From: Thermoplasmatota archaeon
GTDB lineage: Archaea; Thermoplasmatota; JAKEGO01
Direction: 5' to 3'
Assembly (NCBI GenBank): GCA_028279595.1
Contig: JANQNK010000006.1
Span: 1-64,000 of the forward strand
DNA: 64,000 nucleotides
Shown in pieces: positions 38,021 to 49,356 of this stretch. Each line of letters starts with the position of its first letter. Within the stretch, counting starts at the first letter, position 1. Under the pieces are notes generated by a model. That model was not told where the DNA came from. It saw only the letters and a program-made list of their open reading frames with translations, and did no database searches. A program made the translations under genes and the position numbers.

Positions 38021-38726
38021 CGTCCGTGAAGTCGCAGACCTCGGCCCCCTTCTCCTCCTTCGTTATAAGGCCGCTGTCCATCCAGATGATCCTGTCGGCA
38101 CGCTGGCCCACCTTGTCGTCGTGGGTTACGATGATGAAGGTCTGCTTGTTCTTCTTGTTGAGCTTGCATATGACGTCCATCACCTCGGTGGAGGTCTTCG
38201 TGTCAAGGTCCCCTGTAGGTTCGTCTGCAAAGACGATCTTGGGCTTGTTGACGAGGGCCCTGGCGATGGTCACCCGCTGCCTCTGACCTCCGGAGAGCTC
38301 GGCAGGCCTGTGGTCGGCCCACTTTCTCAGTCCCACGAGGTCCAGTGTCTTCAACGCCCTCTTCCGTGCCTTTGCGGGCTTGATCCCCGAGACCAGGAGT
38401 GGAAGCTCCACGTTCTCCACCGCTGTCAGTACAGGTAGGAGGTTGTAGAACTGGAATATGAACCCCATGTGTGTCGCCCTGTAATCGGTCTTCTGGTTGT
38501 CCGTCAGGCCCGTGATGTCCATACCCTCGACGTAGACCTTGCCGTCGGTCACGTCATCGAGCCCGGACAGGCAGTTGAGGAGGGTGGTCTTGCCACAACC
38601 CGACGCGCCCATCACGGCAACCATCTCTCCAGCGCGGACATTGAAGTCGATGCCCCTTAGCGCCTCGACCTTCACCTTTCCCGTATCGTATGTCTTGACC
38701 AGTGCCTTCGATTCGATCAGTCCCAC
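38004..38726 (-). CDS. ABC transporter ATP-binding protein (LolD/MacB-like)
   Basis: GASGCGKTT, LSGGQRQR, ADEPTGDLD, VTHD; GGAGGTG RBS before the GTG at 38726. Confidence 0.93.
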   Translation of the reverse strand: MGLIESKALVKTYDTGKVKVEALRGIDFNVRAGEMVAVMGASGCGKTTLLNCLSGLDDVTDGKVYVEGMDITGLTDNQKTDYRATHMGFIFQFYNLLPVLTAVENVELPLLVSGIKPAKARKRALKTLDLVGLRKWADHRPAELSGGQRQRVTIARALVNKPKIVFADEPTGDLDTKTSTEVMDVICKLNKKNKQTFIIVTHDDKVGQRADRIIWMDSGLITKEEKGAEVCDFTDDGKGK

Positions 38727-38883
38727 ATCGACACCTCCGATTGCCGGACAATCCATTTGGGGTATATAATCATGATTATGTTCACCCACGTTACTGTTCT
38801 TATTAAAGACACGAACACGCTGATGTTCCCGATCTTACAGGTATCTAGTAAGATTTATATCGTATCCATCTGATTGATATTGG

Positions 38884-39252
38884 ATGGCGGAGGACGAGCT
38901 CGAGGATTTCTTCGGGTCCGATGAGGAGCGGCGGCGGTTCTTTTCAGACGTCAATGAACCCGCGGTCAAGAGGGAACGTTTCATCACAGGGGTCAACGTC
39001 AACGAGAAGTACTACGAACCCCACAAGCGAGCCTCAGGCACCGTGATAGAGACGAAGCAGCCGAGGTCCTCGGCGAAGACGAAGCATATAGTCCCAGGTG
39101 TCGCGCCGACCGGCGACGACAGGCCGTCAGTGACTTCGATCGAGCGCAGATCGGCGTCGGCGAAGATGACCAAGATGGCCGCCATCGTTCTGGTCGTCTG
39201 CATCTGCATGTTCCTTGTTATCCTGATAATGAGGGGCGGCCTTTTACCATGA
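38884..39252 (+). CDS. Hypothetical protein with C-terminal TM anchor
   Basis: TTTATAT box upstream; hydrophobic C-terminus. Confidence 0.6.
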   Translation: MAEDELEDFFGSDEERRRFFSDVNEPAVKRERFITGVNVNEKYYEPHKRASGTVIETKQPRSSAKTKHIVPGVAPTGDDRPSVTSIERRSASAKMTKMAAIVLVVCICMFLVILIMRGGLLP

Positions 39253-39289
39253 ACGGACCGGAAATGTCACTAATCCAATGACCACATTT

Positions 39290-39589
39290 TCACTCATCGA
39301 GTCGACCGACGGCCTTGAGCTTGCGGTCTATTCCGTGGTCGACGTCGCGGCGGTCGTCGATCTTGACATTGGTGACGATGCGGACCGATCCCTGGTCCGC
39401 AATTGCCATGTGGGCTATCTGGACCGCGTCGAGGGCGGTGTCCAGGTCGGGGGCCTCCACCGTGGTCGACATCGGCCCCACATGTATCTTGAGCCCCGTC
39501 GCCTCGAGAGCGTCTATCGCCTTCCTCACGTACTGGCCCAGGGAATGCCCCTTGTCCACGGGGAACGAACTGATGGATACGACTATCAT
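39290..39589 (-). CDS. MTH1187/YkoF-family thiamine-binding protein
   Basis: S..P......YV, GPMSTTVE, KIDDRRD. Confidence 0.88.
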   Translation of the reverse strand: MIVVSISSFPVDKGHSLGQYVRKAIDALEATGLKIHVGPMSTTVEAPDLDTALDAVQIAHMAIADQGSVRIVTNVKIDDRRDVDHGIDRKLKAVGRLDE

Positions 39590-39672
39590 CTGATTGCCTC
39601 CGTCCGTTGATGTCAGTGGTGATGATTAACCTTTCTCCCAGAAATGTGATATACCCGGGCATCGGTTCGGAT

Positions 39673-40917
39673 ATGATGACCGATGTGGACTCGATAATCC
39701 GGGGTTCGGTGCTTGCGACAGCGAACGGCCCGGGTCCGTTGACAGGCAAGGCGATGCGGGAGATCGGGACGATCGACGATCCGGCCATTGCCGTCGAGGA
39801 CGGACATATCGTGGACATCGGTCCTGCATCGGACATAGGGTCGGAATATTCAGGCAGGGTCATCGACCTCGATGGATGCACCCTCGTACCCGGATTCGTC
39901 GACCCTCACACTCACGCTCTCTTCGCCGGAACACGGGCCGACGAGGTCGTGATGAGACAGGAGGGGTGGTCGTACCTCGAGGTCCTGAAGGCGGGAGGCG
40001 GAATCCTACGGACCATGAGGGCCGTCCGCGAGGCGACCGACGGCGAGCTCATCATGGAGACCCTTCTCAGGCTCGATCGAATGCTATCTCACGGCACCAC
40101 CACTGCCGAGATCAAGACCGGATACGACCTCAGGCCTGAGGGCGAGGTCCGCCTGCTCGAGGTCATCAACAGCATCAAGCATCCGATGACCATCGTTCCC
40201 ACGTTCCTTGGCGCACATGCCGTTCCACCGGAGTACGACGATCCCAGTGCCTACGTCGACTGTCTCATCGAGGTCCTGCCCGAGGCGGCCAACCTTGCCC
40301 GGTTCTGCGACGTCTTCTGCGAGGACGGCGTATTCGATGTCGAAGTCAGCCGAAGACTGCTCGAGGCCGCGATCGACGCCGGAATGGGCGTCAAGATGCA
40401 CGCCGATGAGATCGAGCCAATCGGCGGTGCGGGACTCGCCGCTTCCCTCGGAGCCAGGAGTGCGGAGCATCTCCTAGCGGCTTCCGATGGGGACCTCAAG
40501 GCGATGGCTGACGCTGGCGTGGTAGCCGTTCTCCTCCCGGGAACATCCTACGTCCTCATGAAGGGCAAGTATGCCGATGCTCGGAAGATGATCGAGATGG
40601 AAATACCAGTCGCGCTCGCCACCGATATCAATCCCAATTGCTGGATGGAATCGATGCAGATGGTCATGTCTTTAGCAGCGTACCAGATGAAGATGCACCC
40701 GGACGAGTGTCTGACCGCCGCGACATTGAACGCCGCACACGCCCTCGACCTTTCGGAGAGGACCGGAAGCCTCGAGGTCGGGAAATGGGCCGATATCGTC
40801 GCGATCGACGCTCCCGATCACATGCACATTCCCTACAGGTTCGGTTCGAACCACGTTCGAGCTGTGATCAAGATGGGCGAGGTCGTCGTCGACAGGAGCC
40901 GGACGTTATGCGATTGA
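39673..40917 (+). CDS. hutI: Imidazolonepropionase
   Basis: PGFVDPHTH, GGGIL.T, GTTTAEIKTGY, FLGAHAVP, DVFCE, HADE, ATDINP. Confidence 0.92.
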   Translation: MMTDVDSIIRGSVLATANGPGPLTGKAMREIGTIDDPAIAVEDGHIVDIGPASDIGSEYSGRVIDLDGCTLVPGFVDPHTHALFAGTRADEVVMRQEGWSYLEVLKAGGGILRTMRAVREATDGELIMETLLRLDRMLSHGTTTAEIKTGYDLRPEGEVRLLEVINSIKHPMTIVPTFLGAHAVPPEYDDPSAYVDCLIEVLPEAANLARFCDVFCEDGVFDVEVSRRLLEAAIDAGMGVKMHADEIEPIGGAGLAASLGARSAEHLLAASDGDLKAMADAGVVAVLLPGTSYVLMKGKYADARKMIEMEIPVALATDINPNCWMESMQMVMSLAAYQMKMHPDECLTAATLNAAHALDLSERTGSLEVGKWADIVAIDAPDHMHIPYRFGSNHVRAVIKMGEVVVDRSRTLCD

Positions 40918-40933
40918 ACCGTTCAATTCCGAA

Positions 40934-40976
40934 CGAGGCGCTCGACGCCACCCCTATGGGGCGTCCATGCGCCTCG
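40934..40976. repeat. Intergenic palindromic repeat, copy C (diverged)
   Basis: GGCGCTCGACGCC-N10-GGCGTCCATGCGCCTCG, same geometry as copies A and B. Confidence 0.55.
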
Positions 40977-41014
40977 AGTATGACTGAAAAGAACGAACCT
41001 TGTGAGGATGACAT

Positions 41015-41488
41015 ATGAGGATCCGAAAGAGATACGGCTTGCGGGAGAAGGATTTCAAGAAGGTAACGTCGGGGTTCGTCGAGACATTCGGGATGACGCT
41101 CGACGGCAGCCGTTACGAGGAGGCCGAGACCGACGGGCCGACCATGTATCTCCTCGACGGAACGCCGATCGGATTCGAACTCGAGGGCGAGCTCTATCCC
41201 GCCATCGCGGGGATCATGAAGTTCAATGCGACCAAAAAAGCGGTCACGGTGGACATGGGTGCTGTCAGGTTCCTCGCCAACGGAGCCAACGTCATGGCCC
41301 CGGGCATCGTTGATGCAGATACCTCGATCGAGGTTGGCGACACGGTCTGGGTCCGCGAGGAGTCGCATGGACGACCCCTCAGCGTGGGGAAGGCTACTCA
41401 GAACGGACCCGATATGATCAAGGGTTCCGGGGTTGCCATCGAGACCGTCCACTTCGTCGGCGACAAGATCTGGAAACTGTTCGAATAG
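41015..41488 (+). CDS. PUA-domain RNA-binding protein (COG2016-like)
   Basis: VDMGAVRFLANGANVMAPGIV, H.VGDKIW. Confidence 0.88.
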   Translation: MRIRKRYGLREKDFKKVTSGFVETFGMTLDGSRYEEAETDGPTMYLLDGTPIGFELEGELYPAIAGIMKFNATKKAVTVDMGAVRFLANGANVMAPGIVDADTSIEVGDTVWVREESHGRPLSVGKATQNGPDMIKGSGVAIETVHFVGDKIWKLFE

Positions 41489-41514
41489 CCAAATGGACAG
41501 TGAAAGAGGTCGAT

Positions 41515-42477
41515 CTAAGACAGAACGATATCGTAGCACATCTGATCGACCGCTGGAGACACCGACCGTACCTTGTGCTTTGATATCTGGAAGTTGCGTT
41601 CGAAGAGTATCGTGTTCATCGCCTCGTCGATTATCTGGGCGCTCTCCTGGGCGACCATGAGATAGAGATGTATCGTTCCCTGGTCGATGACGCCGAGGGC
41701 GTCGTCCAGGAACTCGAGCGCTCCCGTCGGATGGTTCATTACTATCCTGTCGACCTTCATTCCTCTTCGAGCGAGGGCAGGCACTGCATTGTGCGAATCA
41801 CCTACTATCGTCGTGATCCTCTCGTCGAGGTCGTTGTTCTTCGCGTTCCTGCGGGCAAGCAGAACGGCGACCTCGTTGATGTCCACGGCGAACACGTCGC
41901 ATCCGTTCCGGGCCATGTGGAGCGAGAAGGGTCCGACGCCGCAGAACATGTCCAGAGCGCTCTCGCAATCTGCCATCAGAGCTGTGACTCGCTCCCTCTC
42001 GGTGGCCAGCCTCGGCGAATAGTAGGCGTTCTTCACATCCACTTCCATGTCGAAGCCCGATTCGCGGACGAGCGTGACCGGTACGTCCGGACCGGCCAGG
42101 AGTGTCAGCTCGGGGGTCCGGAACGGTCCGTCGATCCCGGATGTGCAGTAGACGGTCCTGACCTTCTTGTGTCTCTTCAGGACCTCATTGGCCTCTTCCT
42201 CCCCGCAGTCCCGGACTATCGCGATCTCGCCGATGAGGTCGTACGGGATCCGCTTCTCGGCCTCTCGGATCACGAACCTTCCGATGCCCGTGTTAGCGAA
42301 GACGCCGATGTTCGATAGGATGTCGACAGCGTTGTCCGCATCCAGAACGGGGACGAGCAGCCTTTCGGCCGCCCGCCGTGCTGGAGCTGGAGCCAGGGCC
42401 CCTGCGTCGCTCAAAGCCTTCCTCGCCCTCTCGGCGGCCTTGAGCGGAACTGAAACGAAAGGCAGCTCTTCGAGCAT
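41515..42477 (-). CDS. Trm5/Met10-like tRNA methyltransferase
   Basis: YDLIGEIAI, YYSPRLATER, DMFCGVGPF, DIN, MNHP. Confidence 0.85.
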   Translation of the reverse strand: MLEELPFVSVPLKAAERARKALSDAGALAPAPARRAAERLLVPVLDADNAVDILSNIGVFANTGIGRFVIREAEKRIPYDLIGEIAIVRDCGEEEANEVLKRHKKVRTVYCTSGIDGPFRTPELTLLAGPDVPVTLVRESGFDMEVDVKNAYYSPRLATERERVTALMADCESALDMFCGVGPFSLHMARNGCDVFAVDINEVAVLLARRNAKNNDLDERITTIVGDSHNAVPALARRGMKVDRIVMNHPTGALEFLDDALGVIDQGTIHLYLMVAQESAQIIDEAMNTILFERNFQISKHKVRSVSPAVDQMCYDIVLS

Positions 42478-42636
42478 CGTACCGAATTCGATTCGTTGGT
42501 ATTAAGTGTTATCGGGACGAGTGGCAATTGACAATCAAAGATGACCCCCCGCCCCACGGCCACCCCGACGTAGAATGAAAACCAAATATTGCATAGTGTG
42601 TCGAGCAGTTTGCCACTGGCTATTCTATACTGTTAA

Positions 42637-44304
<1,668 letters not shown>

Positions 44305-44310
44305 GGGGGA

Positions 44311-44538
44311 TCACTCCGCAACTGTCCAGACCCAGGTCCTCTTCTCGGGCGAGAAGGACCCGACAACCTTCTTCCTGTGCTTGAGCATCATGAGGACCCT
44401 GACGACGCGCTCGGAGCATTCCGCGCCCCTGTGGGCGAGGTCGCTCTCGACGTCCGCCGTGGTGCGCGGGTTCCCGTCGGACAGCAGTCCGAGGATGATA
44501 TCCGCCGCCTCGTCGTCCTGAGTCATCGTCTCGTACAT
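44311..44538 (-). CDS. Small winged-helix-like hypothetical protein
   Basis: 75 aa, helix-helix-helix-beta hairpin pattern ending WVW; stop lies 6 nt before the mutase start. Confidence 0.55.
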   Translation of the reverse strand: MYETMTQDDEAADIILGLLSDGNPRTTADVESDLAHRGAECSERVVRVLMMLKHRKKVVGSFSPEKRTWVWTVAE

Positions 44539-44604
44539 GGGAATGTGGTTAAAAAGGATTGCCCGATTCCCAAAAGGTTAAAAGGGTCGTTGGCGTGAAG
44601 GGGG

Positions 44605-46203
44605 ATGATGAAGTGGGACAAGCCAACGCTCATCATGGCCGCGATGTTCGTGGCCGTGGGCCTTCTCGCACTGACCATTACCCCTGTGTTCGTCGACGAG
44701 GGCATGCAGGCCTTCGAGGACGAGGAGTCGCTCCTGAATCCGCTTTGGTACATGGCGATGATAGTCCTGCTCGCCCTCGGGATCCTCTTCCTCATCAAGA
44801 TGGGATTCAAGAACGTCATCAGGGCGATCATCTTCTTCGTGTTCTTCATGGCGATATCCTACGTGATCTACCCATTCATGGCGATGTACCTCGAGGGGGA
44901 CACCTCCGAGGAATGGGAGTTGATGGACTTCGGCGACGACGTGGTCGCGATCCAGGTCCTTGACGGTGGTGTTCACAGGGACGCTATTGCGGTCCAGTAC
45001 TCGAACGGGACCACGGTCGTGCACAATAACTTCGGTCCATGGGGGACCCTTCCCAACCTTGATCCGGCAGGGATTGCTGGCAGGACCGCCTACATGGATA
45101 ATTACAGGATCGAAGCCGCAGAGAACGTAACCTCCTGGAACATCAACCACTCCAGCATCGTCGCTGTCCTCAACGTGTCCTCGGCATCCGTCTACGACTA
45201 TCGTCCAGGGACGGGATTCGTGCTCATGACGGCCGATGGAGCGTTATACAAGATCGATTCGAACCTTACCCGGGACAGGATCGTCAAGTACAGCAGACCG
45301 ATCCGACACGTAGAGGCCGTCGATATGTGGGGAGACGACCGCTACGAGATCATCGTCCTTGAGGGAGATAACGTACACATACTCTACGGAGACGGATACG
45401 CCACCGATTGGGTGGTCTCCGATATCCTCGGGGAACTCGAAGCGGTGGACGCCGGAGCCGGCGAGTGGGACGGGGACGACGATACCGTCGAGCTCTTCGT
45501 CGTGGCCGATGGAAAGGTCTACAGCATCGAGATATTCACTGGATCATACGACATGAACGAAGTACTGGCCTCGCCGCAGTTCATAGCCAGCATCATCGCG
45601 ATGACCCTTGCAATCGCACTCGCAGGACTCCTCTGGTTCTGGCCGGAATGGTACGTCCTGGACACCCTCGGCGTCGTGATCGCCGCGGGCATCGCTTCCC
45701 TTATCGGAATATCCTTCGCCCCTCTTCCCGCAATAGTCCTGCTTCTCGGTCTTATAGTCTACGACGCTGTCGCTGTTTATCAATCGAAGCACATGATAGC
45801 GTTGGCCGACGAAGCGGTGGAGCAGCATCTCCCTCTCCTCGTGGTGATCCCGAAGGAGAAGGGATACAGCTACATGGACCAGGGTTCCATCAGGGAGCAG
45901 ATCGATAAGGGCGAGGAGCGCGAGGCGATGTTCCTCGGCCTCGGAGACCTCATCATACCGACGGTACTGGTCGTTTCATCCTACAGGTTCCTGGACCCAT
46001 CGACGAGCTTCCTGGGTTTCGGAGGGAATCTCGTGGTCGCCCTCGGAACGATGGTCGGGATCCTGGGTGGATTCATCTTCCTGAGCTACCAGGTCGCGAG
46101 CGGGAAACCCCAGGCCGGACTGCCCGCCCTCAACTCGGGCGCACTCGCTGGTTTCTGCGCCTCGGCGGTCGTGGTCTACGGCTCCCTCGGCTTCCTGCTG
46201 TGA
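44605..46203 (+). CDS. Presenilin-family intramembrane aspartyl protease with large inserted domain
   Basis: VYDAVAVY.SKHM, FLGLGDLIIP, PQAGLPAL. Confidence 0.88.
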   Translation: MMKWDKPTLIMAAMFVAVGLLALTITPVFVDEGMQAFEDEESLLNPLWYMAMIVLLALGILFLIKMGFKNVIRAIIFFVFFMAISYVIYPFMAMYLEGDTSEEWELMDFGDDVVAIQVLDGGVHRDAIAVQYSNGTTVVHNNFGPWGTLPNLDPAGIAGRTAYMDNYRIEAAENVTSWNINHSSIVAVLNVSSASVYDYRPGTGFVLMTADGALYKIDSNLTRDRIVKYSRPIRHVEAVDMWGDDRYEIIVLEGDNVHILYGDGYATDWVVSDILGELEAVDAGAGEWDGDDDTVELFVVADGKVYSIEIFTGSYDMNEVLASPQFIASIIAMTLAIALAGLLWFWPEWYVLDTLGVVIAAGIASLIGISFAPLPAIVLLLGLIVYDAVAVYQSKHMIALADEAVEQHLPLLVVIPKEKGYSYMDQGSIREQIDKGEEREAMFLGLGDLIIPTVLVVSSYRFLDPSTSFLGFGGNLVVALGTMVGILGGFIFLSYQVASGKPQAGLPALNSGALAGFCASAVVVYGSLGFLL

Positions 46204-46206
46204 GTC

Positions 46207-46246
46207 CGCGCTCGATGACTACCCGAGGGGTCATCAACGCGTCTCG
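46207..46246. repeat. Intergenic palindromic repeat, copy B
   Basis: Arms identical to those at 25026-25065. Confidence 0.7.
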
Positions 46247-46350
46247 ATATTGATCATGAATGGGGTATCACTGGTTCGTCGAACACCGTTGATGTCCGGT
46301 CCGTTGGCAAAGGATTAAATGGCACAGCATTATCTCCGGGCGGTGACACC

Positions 46351-47592
46351 ATGGAACGGCTTTCCGGAATAATCAGGGAGCAGATCAAGAAACCGTCCCC
46401 CATAAGGCAGATCATGAAGATGGCCGCCAGGGAGAACATATTGGCCATGGGCCTTGACCCTGACGACGTGATCTCCTACGGTGGAGGCTGGGTCAACCAC
46501 CCGGCGCCCCCGCGGCTCATCGAGATATACTCCGAGATCATCAACGATCCCGAGGCGTTCCATACCACCGGCGGGTACAGCCCAACACCCGGAATGCCCC
46601 CCATGAAGGACGCGCTCTGCAAGCTCGAGGGGACCCTCGCGGGCCAGGACATTGGACCGGAGAACATCATCGTCGGACAGAGCAGTACCCAGACCACACA
46701 CGACCTGTTCGTATCGATCATGGACCCGGGCGACACCCTGCTGATCCCGGACCCGTCCTATGCGAACTATCCCGGTCAGCTATCGTTCGCCGTCCCCGGA
46801 GCCAAGCTCGCTCGGTTCCCGGTGTTCGACCCGGAGTCCTGGGAGTTCGCCCCGGACACAGATGCGATAATCGAATCCGTCAAGACTGCCGTTTCCGAGC
46901 TCGGACCGAAGGCAGTCCTATTCCCCGCACCTGACAATCCCACGAGCAAGGTCCTCCCGCAGGAGGTCGTCGAGGGCATCGCCGACATAACCGAGGACGC
47001 GGGCGCGTTCCTCATTTTCGACATGGCCTACAGGACACAGATGTTCGTTGACCCGCCAGCATACTATGGCTGGTCCCCGAGGGAACGCGAGAACCTGATC
47101 TACCTCCACTCGAACTCGAAATGGGGCCGGGGCCTCGGCCGCAGGCTCGCATGGCTCGTCGCGTCCAATGACGTGATCGACGCCATGGAGAGGATACAGC
47201 AGTGCACCATACTCTGTCCCGACACACTGCATCAGATGGCGATGACGTCCTATCTCGAGGAGTCCATCGAAGACGGCTCCCTCGTCAACTATCTGCGCGA
47301 GGTCAACGAGATGTATCGGACCGCCGCGAGGATGACGCTGCAGGCGATCGACGAGCACATCGGGTACCCGAGGACTGATCCCGACGGCGGCCTCTATACC
47401 GTCATGAAGGTCTCGACGGACGCCGACGAGTTCGTTCCCGAGGTGCTGAAGAACACCGGGGTCCTCTTCATCCCCGGAGGAGGATTCGGACCCGCCCTCA
47501 AGGAGGGTGTTCGGATATCCTACGGCCCCCTCGTAAGCAGTCTTGAGCGCATCGAGGAGGGAATGGAGCGGGTCGGCAAGCACCTTGCCTAG
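46351..47592 (+). CDS. PLP-dependent aminotransferase class I/II
   Basis: PSPIR, DPSY.NY, PDNPT, DMAY, SNSK, R..W, IPG..FG, RISY. Confidence 0.88.
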   Translation: MERLSGIIREQIKKPSPIRQIMKMAARENILAMGLDPDDVISYGGGWVNHPAPPRLIEIYSEIINDPEAFHTTGGYSPTPGMPPMKDALCKLEGTLAGQDIGPENIIVGQSSTQTTHDLFVSIMDPGDTLLIPDPSYANYPGQLSFAVPGAKLARFPVFDPESWEFAPDTDAIIESVKTAVSELGPKAVLFPAPDNPTSKVLPQEVVEGIADITEDAGAFLIFDMAYRTQMFVDPPAYYGWSPRERENLIYLHSNSKWGRGLGRRLAWLVASNDVIDAMERIQQCTILCPDTLHQMAMTSYLEESIEDGSLVNYLREVNEMYRTAARMTLQAIDEHIGYPRTDPDGGLYTVMKVSTDADEFVPEVLKNTGVLFIPGGGFGPALKEGVRISYGPLVSSLERIEEGMERVGKHLA

Positions 47593-47773
47593 CATCACCC
47601 GATGGTGTATTAACGGAAAATCGCCTGAAACTATCGAAAACCTACTCTAAACGCATAATATTTTAATGGTGAATATTGATAAAATAACGGTTATTTTGAC
47701 ATATAACCGCAAAAAATATATATACACACCTAACCTTACTGAGATTCGGAAAAGTCCGATGGAGGATTGGCAA

Positions 47774-48367
47774 ATGATAAAGAAAATATGGAAGGACGAG
47801 GAGGCAGTATCTCCCGTTATCGCCGTCATTCTGATGGTGGCGATCACTGTCGTGCTGGCTGCCGTTCTCTACGTATGGGCGCAGAGTTTCGCTGGAGATC
47901 AGTCTGGCGTGACTACCATCGCCTGGCAAGTTAGTGTGGAAGGGAACAACTACATCATCGAGATAATCGATGTGAACTCGGAGAGTCTGGATGAGGTCGG
48001 CTGGTCCGTTCTCAACACGAACAGGCTCGTGACCACGTGGGAGAACATACACAACCCGAGCGACGACATCCGTATGGAAGGAGACTTAATGGACGTCAAC
48101 TTCACTCAGTCAGCTTACAATGCTGCTGACGAGCAGGCGTACAACAAGTTCTACTCCCAGGACCCGATCGTGCCGGGAGAGACCCTAAACCACACGCTCT
48201 GTGTAGTCTTCATGGATGTAAACGCTGATGGTAAGCTCAGCAGCGGTGACGTCATTTGGATCCGTTCTGAGGAGAACAATGGCTGTGCAGACGAGGACTT
48301 CCGCTTCCGTATGATCAACAACAAGGAAAGCCAAGCATACGGTGAGCTCGTCCTACCTGGCACCTGA
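47774..48367 (+). CDS. Archaeal type IV pilin (DUF1628-type N-terminus)
   Basis: KDEEA|VSPVIAVILMVAITVVLAAVLYVW class III signal; D.NADGKLSSGD motif. Confidence 0.88.
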   Translation: MIKKIWKDEEAVSPVIAVILMVAITVVLAAVLYVWAQSFAGDQSGVTTIAWQVSVEGNNYIIEIIDVNSESLDEVGWSVLNTNRLVTTWENIHNPSDDIRMEGDLMDVNFTQSAYNAADEQAYNKFYSQDPIVPGETLNHTLCVVFMDVNADGKLSSGDVIWIRSEENNGCADEDFRFRMINNKESQAYGELVLPGT

Positions 48368-48392
48368 ACAAGGTCAGCCATTAAAACCAAGG

Positions 48393-48433
48393 GTAAATGG
48401 GCTTCGGCCCATTTACTTTAATATTTTTTTTTT
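48393..48433 (+). terminator. Hairpin plus poly-U terminator after the pilin gene
   Basis: GTAAATGGGC-TTCG-GCCCATTTAC followed by TTTAATAT10. Confidence 0.75.
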
Positions 48434-48547
48434 GTTCTTTCTCCCAATGTGAGTCACGTCGACTACCATCGAATATCATCGGTGATCAACTCTGACCATG
48501 GGTGATGGATGGTCTTCTGAAAATGATATGTTTTTCAGACGTCTCGA

Positions 48548-49246
48548 TCAATAACCGTACAGTGGGCCGAGGACCATCAGGCCGTCGTCACCGACGTCCA
48601 GGACGAACTTCTCCATGTCGTGCTTCACGGCACGCATCTTCTTGATCTGGAGGTACCTCCTGACGTTCTGGGTCGTCTCGACCACTCCCAGCTCGATCAC
48701 GCCGTCCACGAGGAACAGCATGGTCTCCGCTCCCGCATAGGACTCCGTGAGGCCGATCCTCTCCATGATTATGGTCGTTGTGAGGTCGTTCTCCCTGAGG
48801 GTGTTGAAGAAGTGGTACATCTCACGTCTCGGGTCGTCGATGTCCACAAGGGAGTAGAGGGCTCCCAGGGAGTCGATGACCACGTACTTGAACCTCTCCT
48901 CGTTCTGCCTCTTGAAGGAGATGATGATGGAGAGGATCATCCTGAGGAAGGCGAGGTGCTTCTCCTCTCCCCTGAACTTCCTCCTCAGGCTGTTGTAATC
49001 GACGATCTTGAGGCGCTCCTCGACACCGATCCCGAGGGAGTTGAGGTTGTGATTGAGGCTCTGACCCCCCTCCTCGAGCGTAATGTAGATGCCCAGGGTG
49101 TCGTCCCTCTGGCATTGAGCGGCGATGAGCGAGTAGGCGAAGCTGGACTTCAGGGTGCCGCCCTCACCCACTATGGCGAGGGCTATGGTATGGTCGATAT
49201 CCGTCTTGAATATCTTGTCGAGCCCCTTAACGGAATCCCGGAACAC
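48548..49246 (-). CDS. KaiC/RAD55-like single-domain ATPase
   Basis: GEGGTLKS, YITLEE, VIDSL, FLVDGVIEL, KKMR..H. Confidence 0.85.
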   Translation of the reverse strand: MFRDSVKGLDKIFKTDIDHTIALAIVGEGGTLKSSFAYSLIAAQCQRDDTLGIYITLEEGGQSLNHNLNSLGIGVEERLKIVDYNSLRRKFRGEEKHLAFLRMILSIIISFKRQNEERFKYVVIDSLGALYSLVDIDDPRREMYHFFNTLRENDLTTTIIMERIGLTESYAGAETMLFLVDGVIELGVVETTQNVRRYLQIKKMRAVKHDMEKFVLDVGDDGLMVLGPLYGY

Positions 49247-49356
49247 CTGCTCTCACCGGTGCCTCATCGTAATTTTGGTTATAAAGGTTTGTGATTGCCA
49301 AACGCACGATTCGGATGCGGGAATAGCCTCAAATACCCAAAACCGTTTCGAGTGGC

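Noticed and set aside
48480-48520. Second possible C/D box RNA (GTGATCA..CTGA..GTGATGG..CTGA)
   Set aside because: Degenerate boxes and guides too short.
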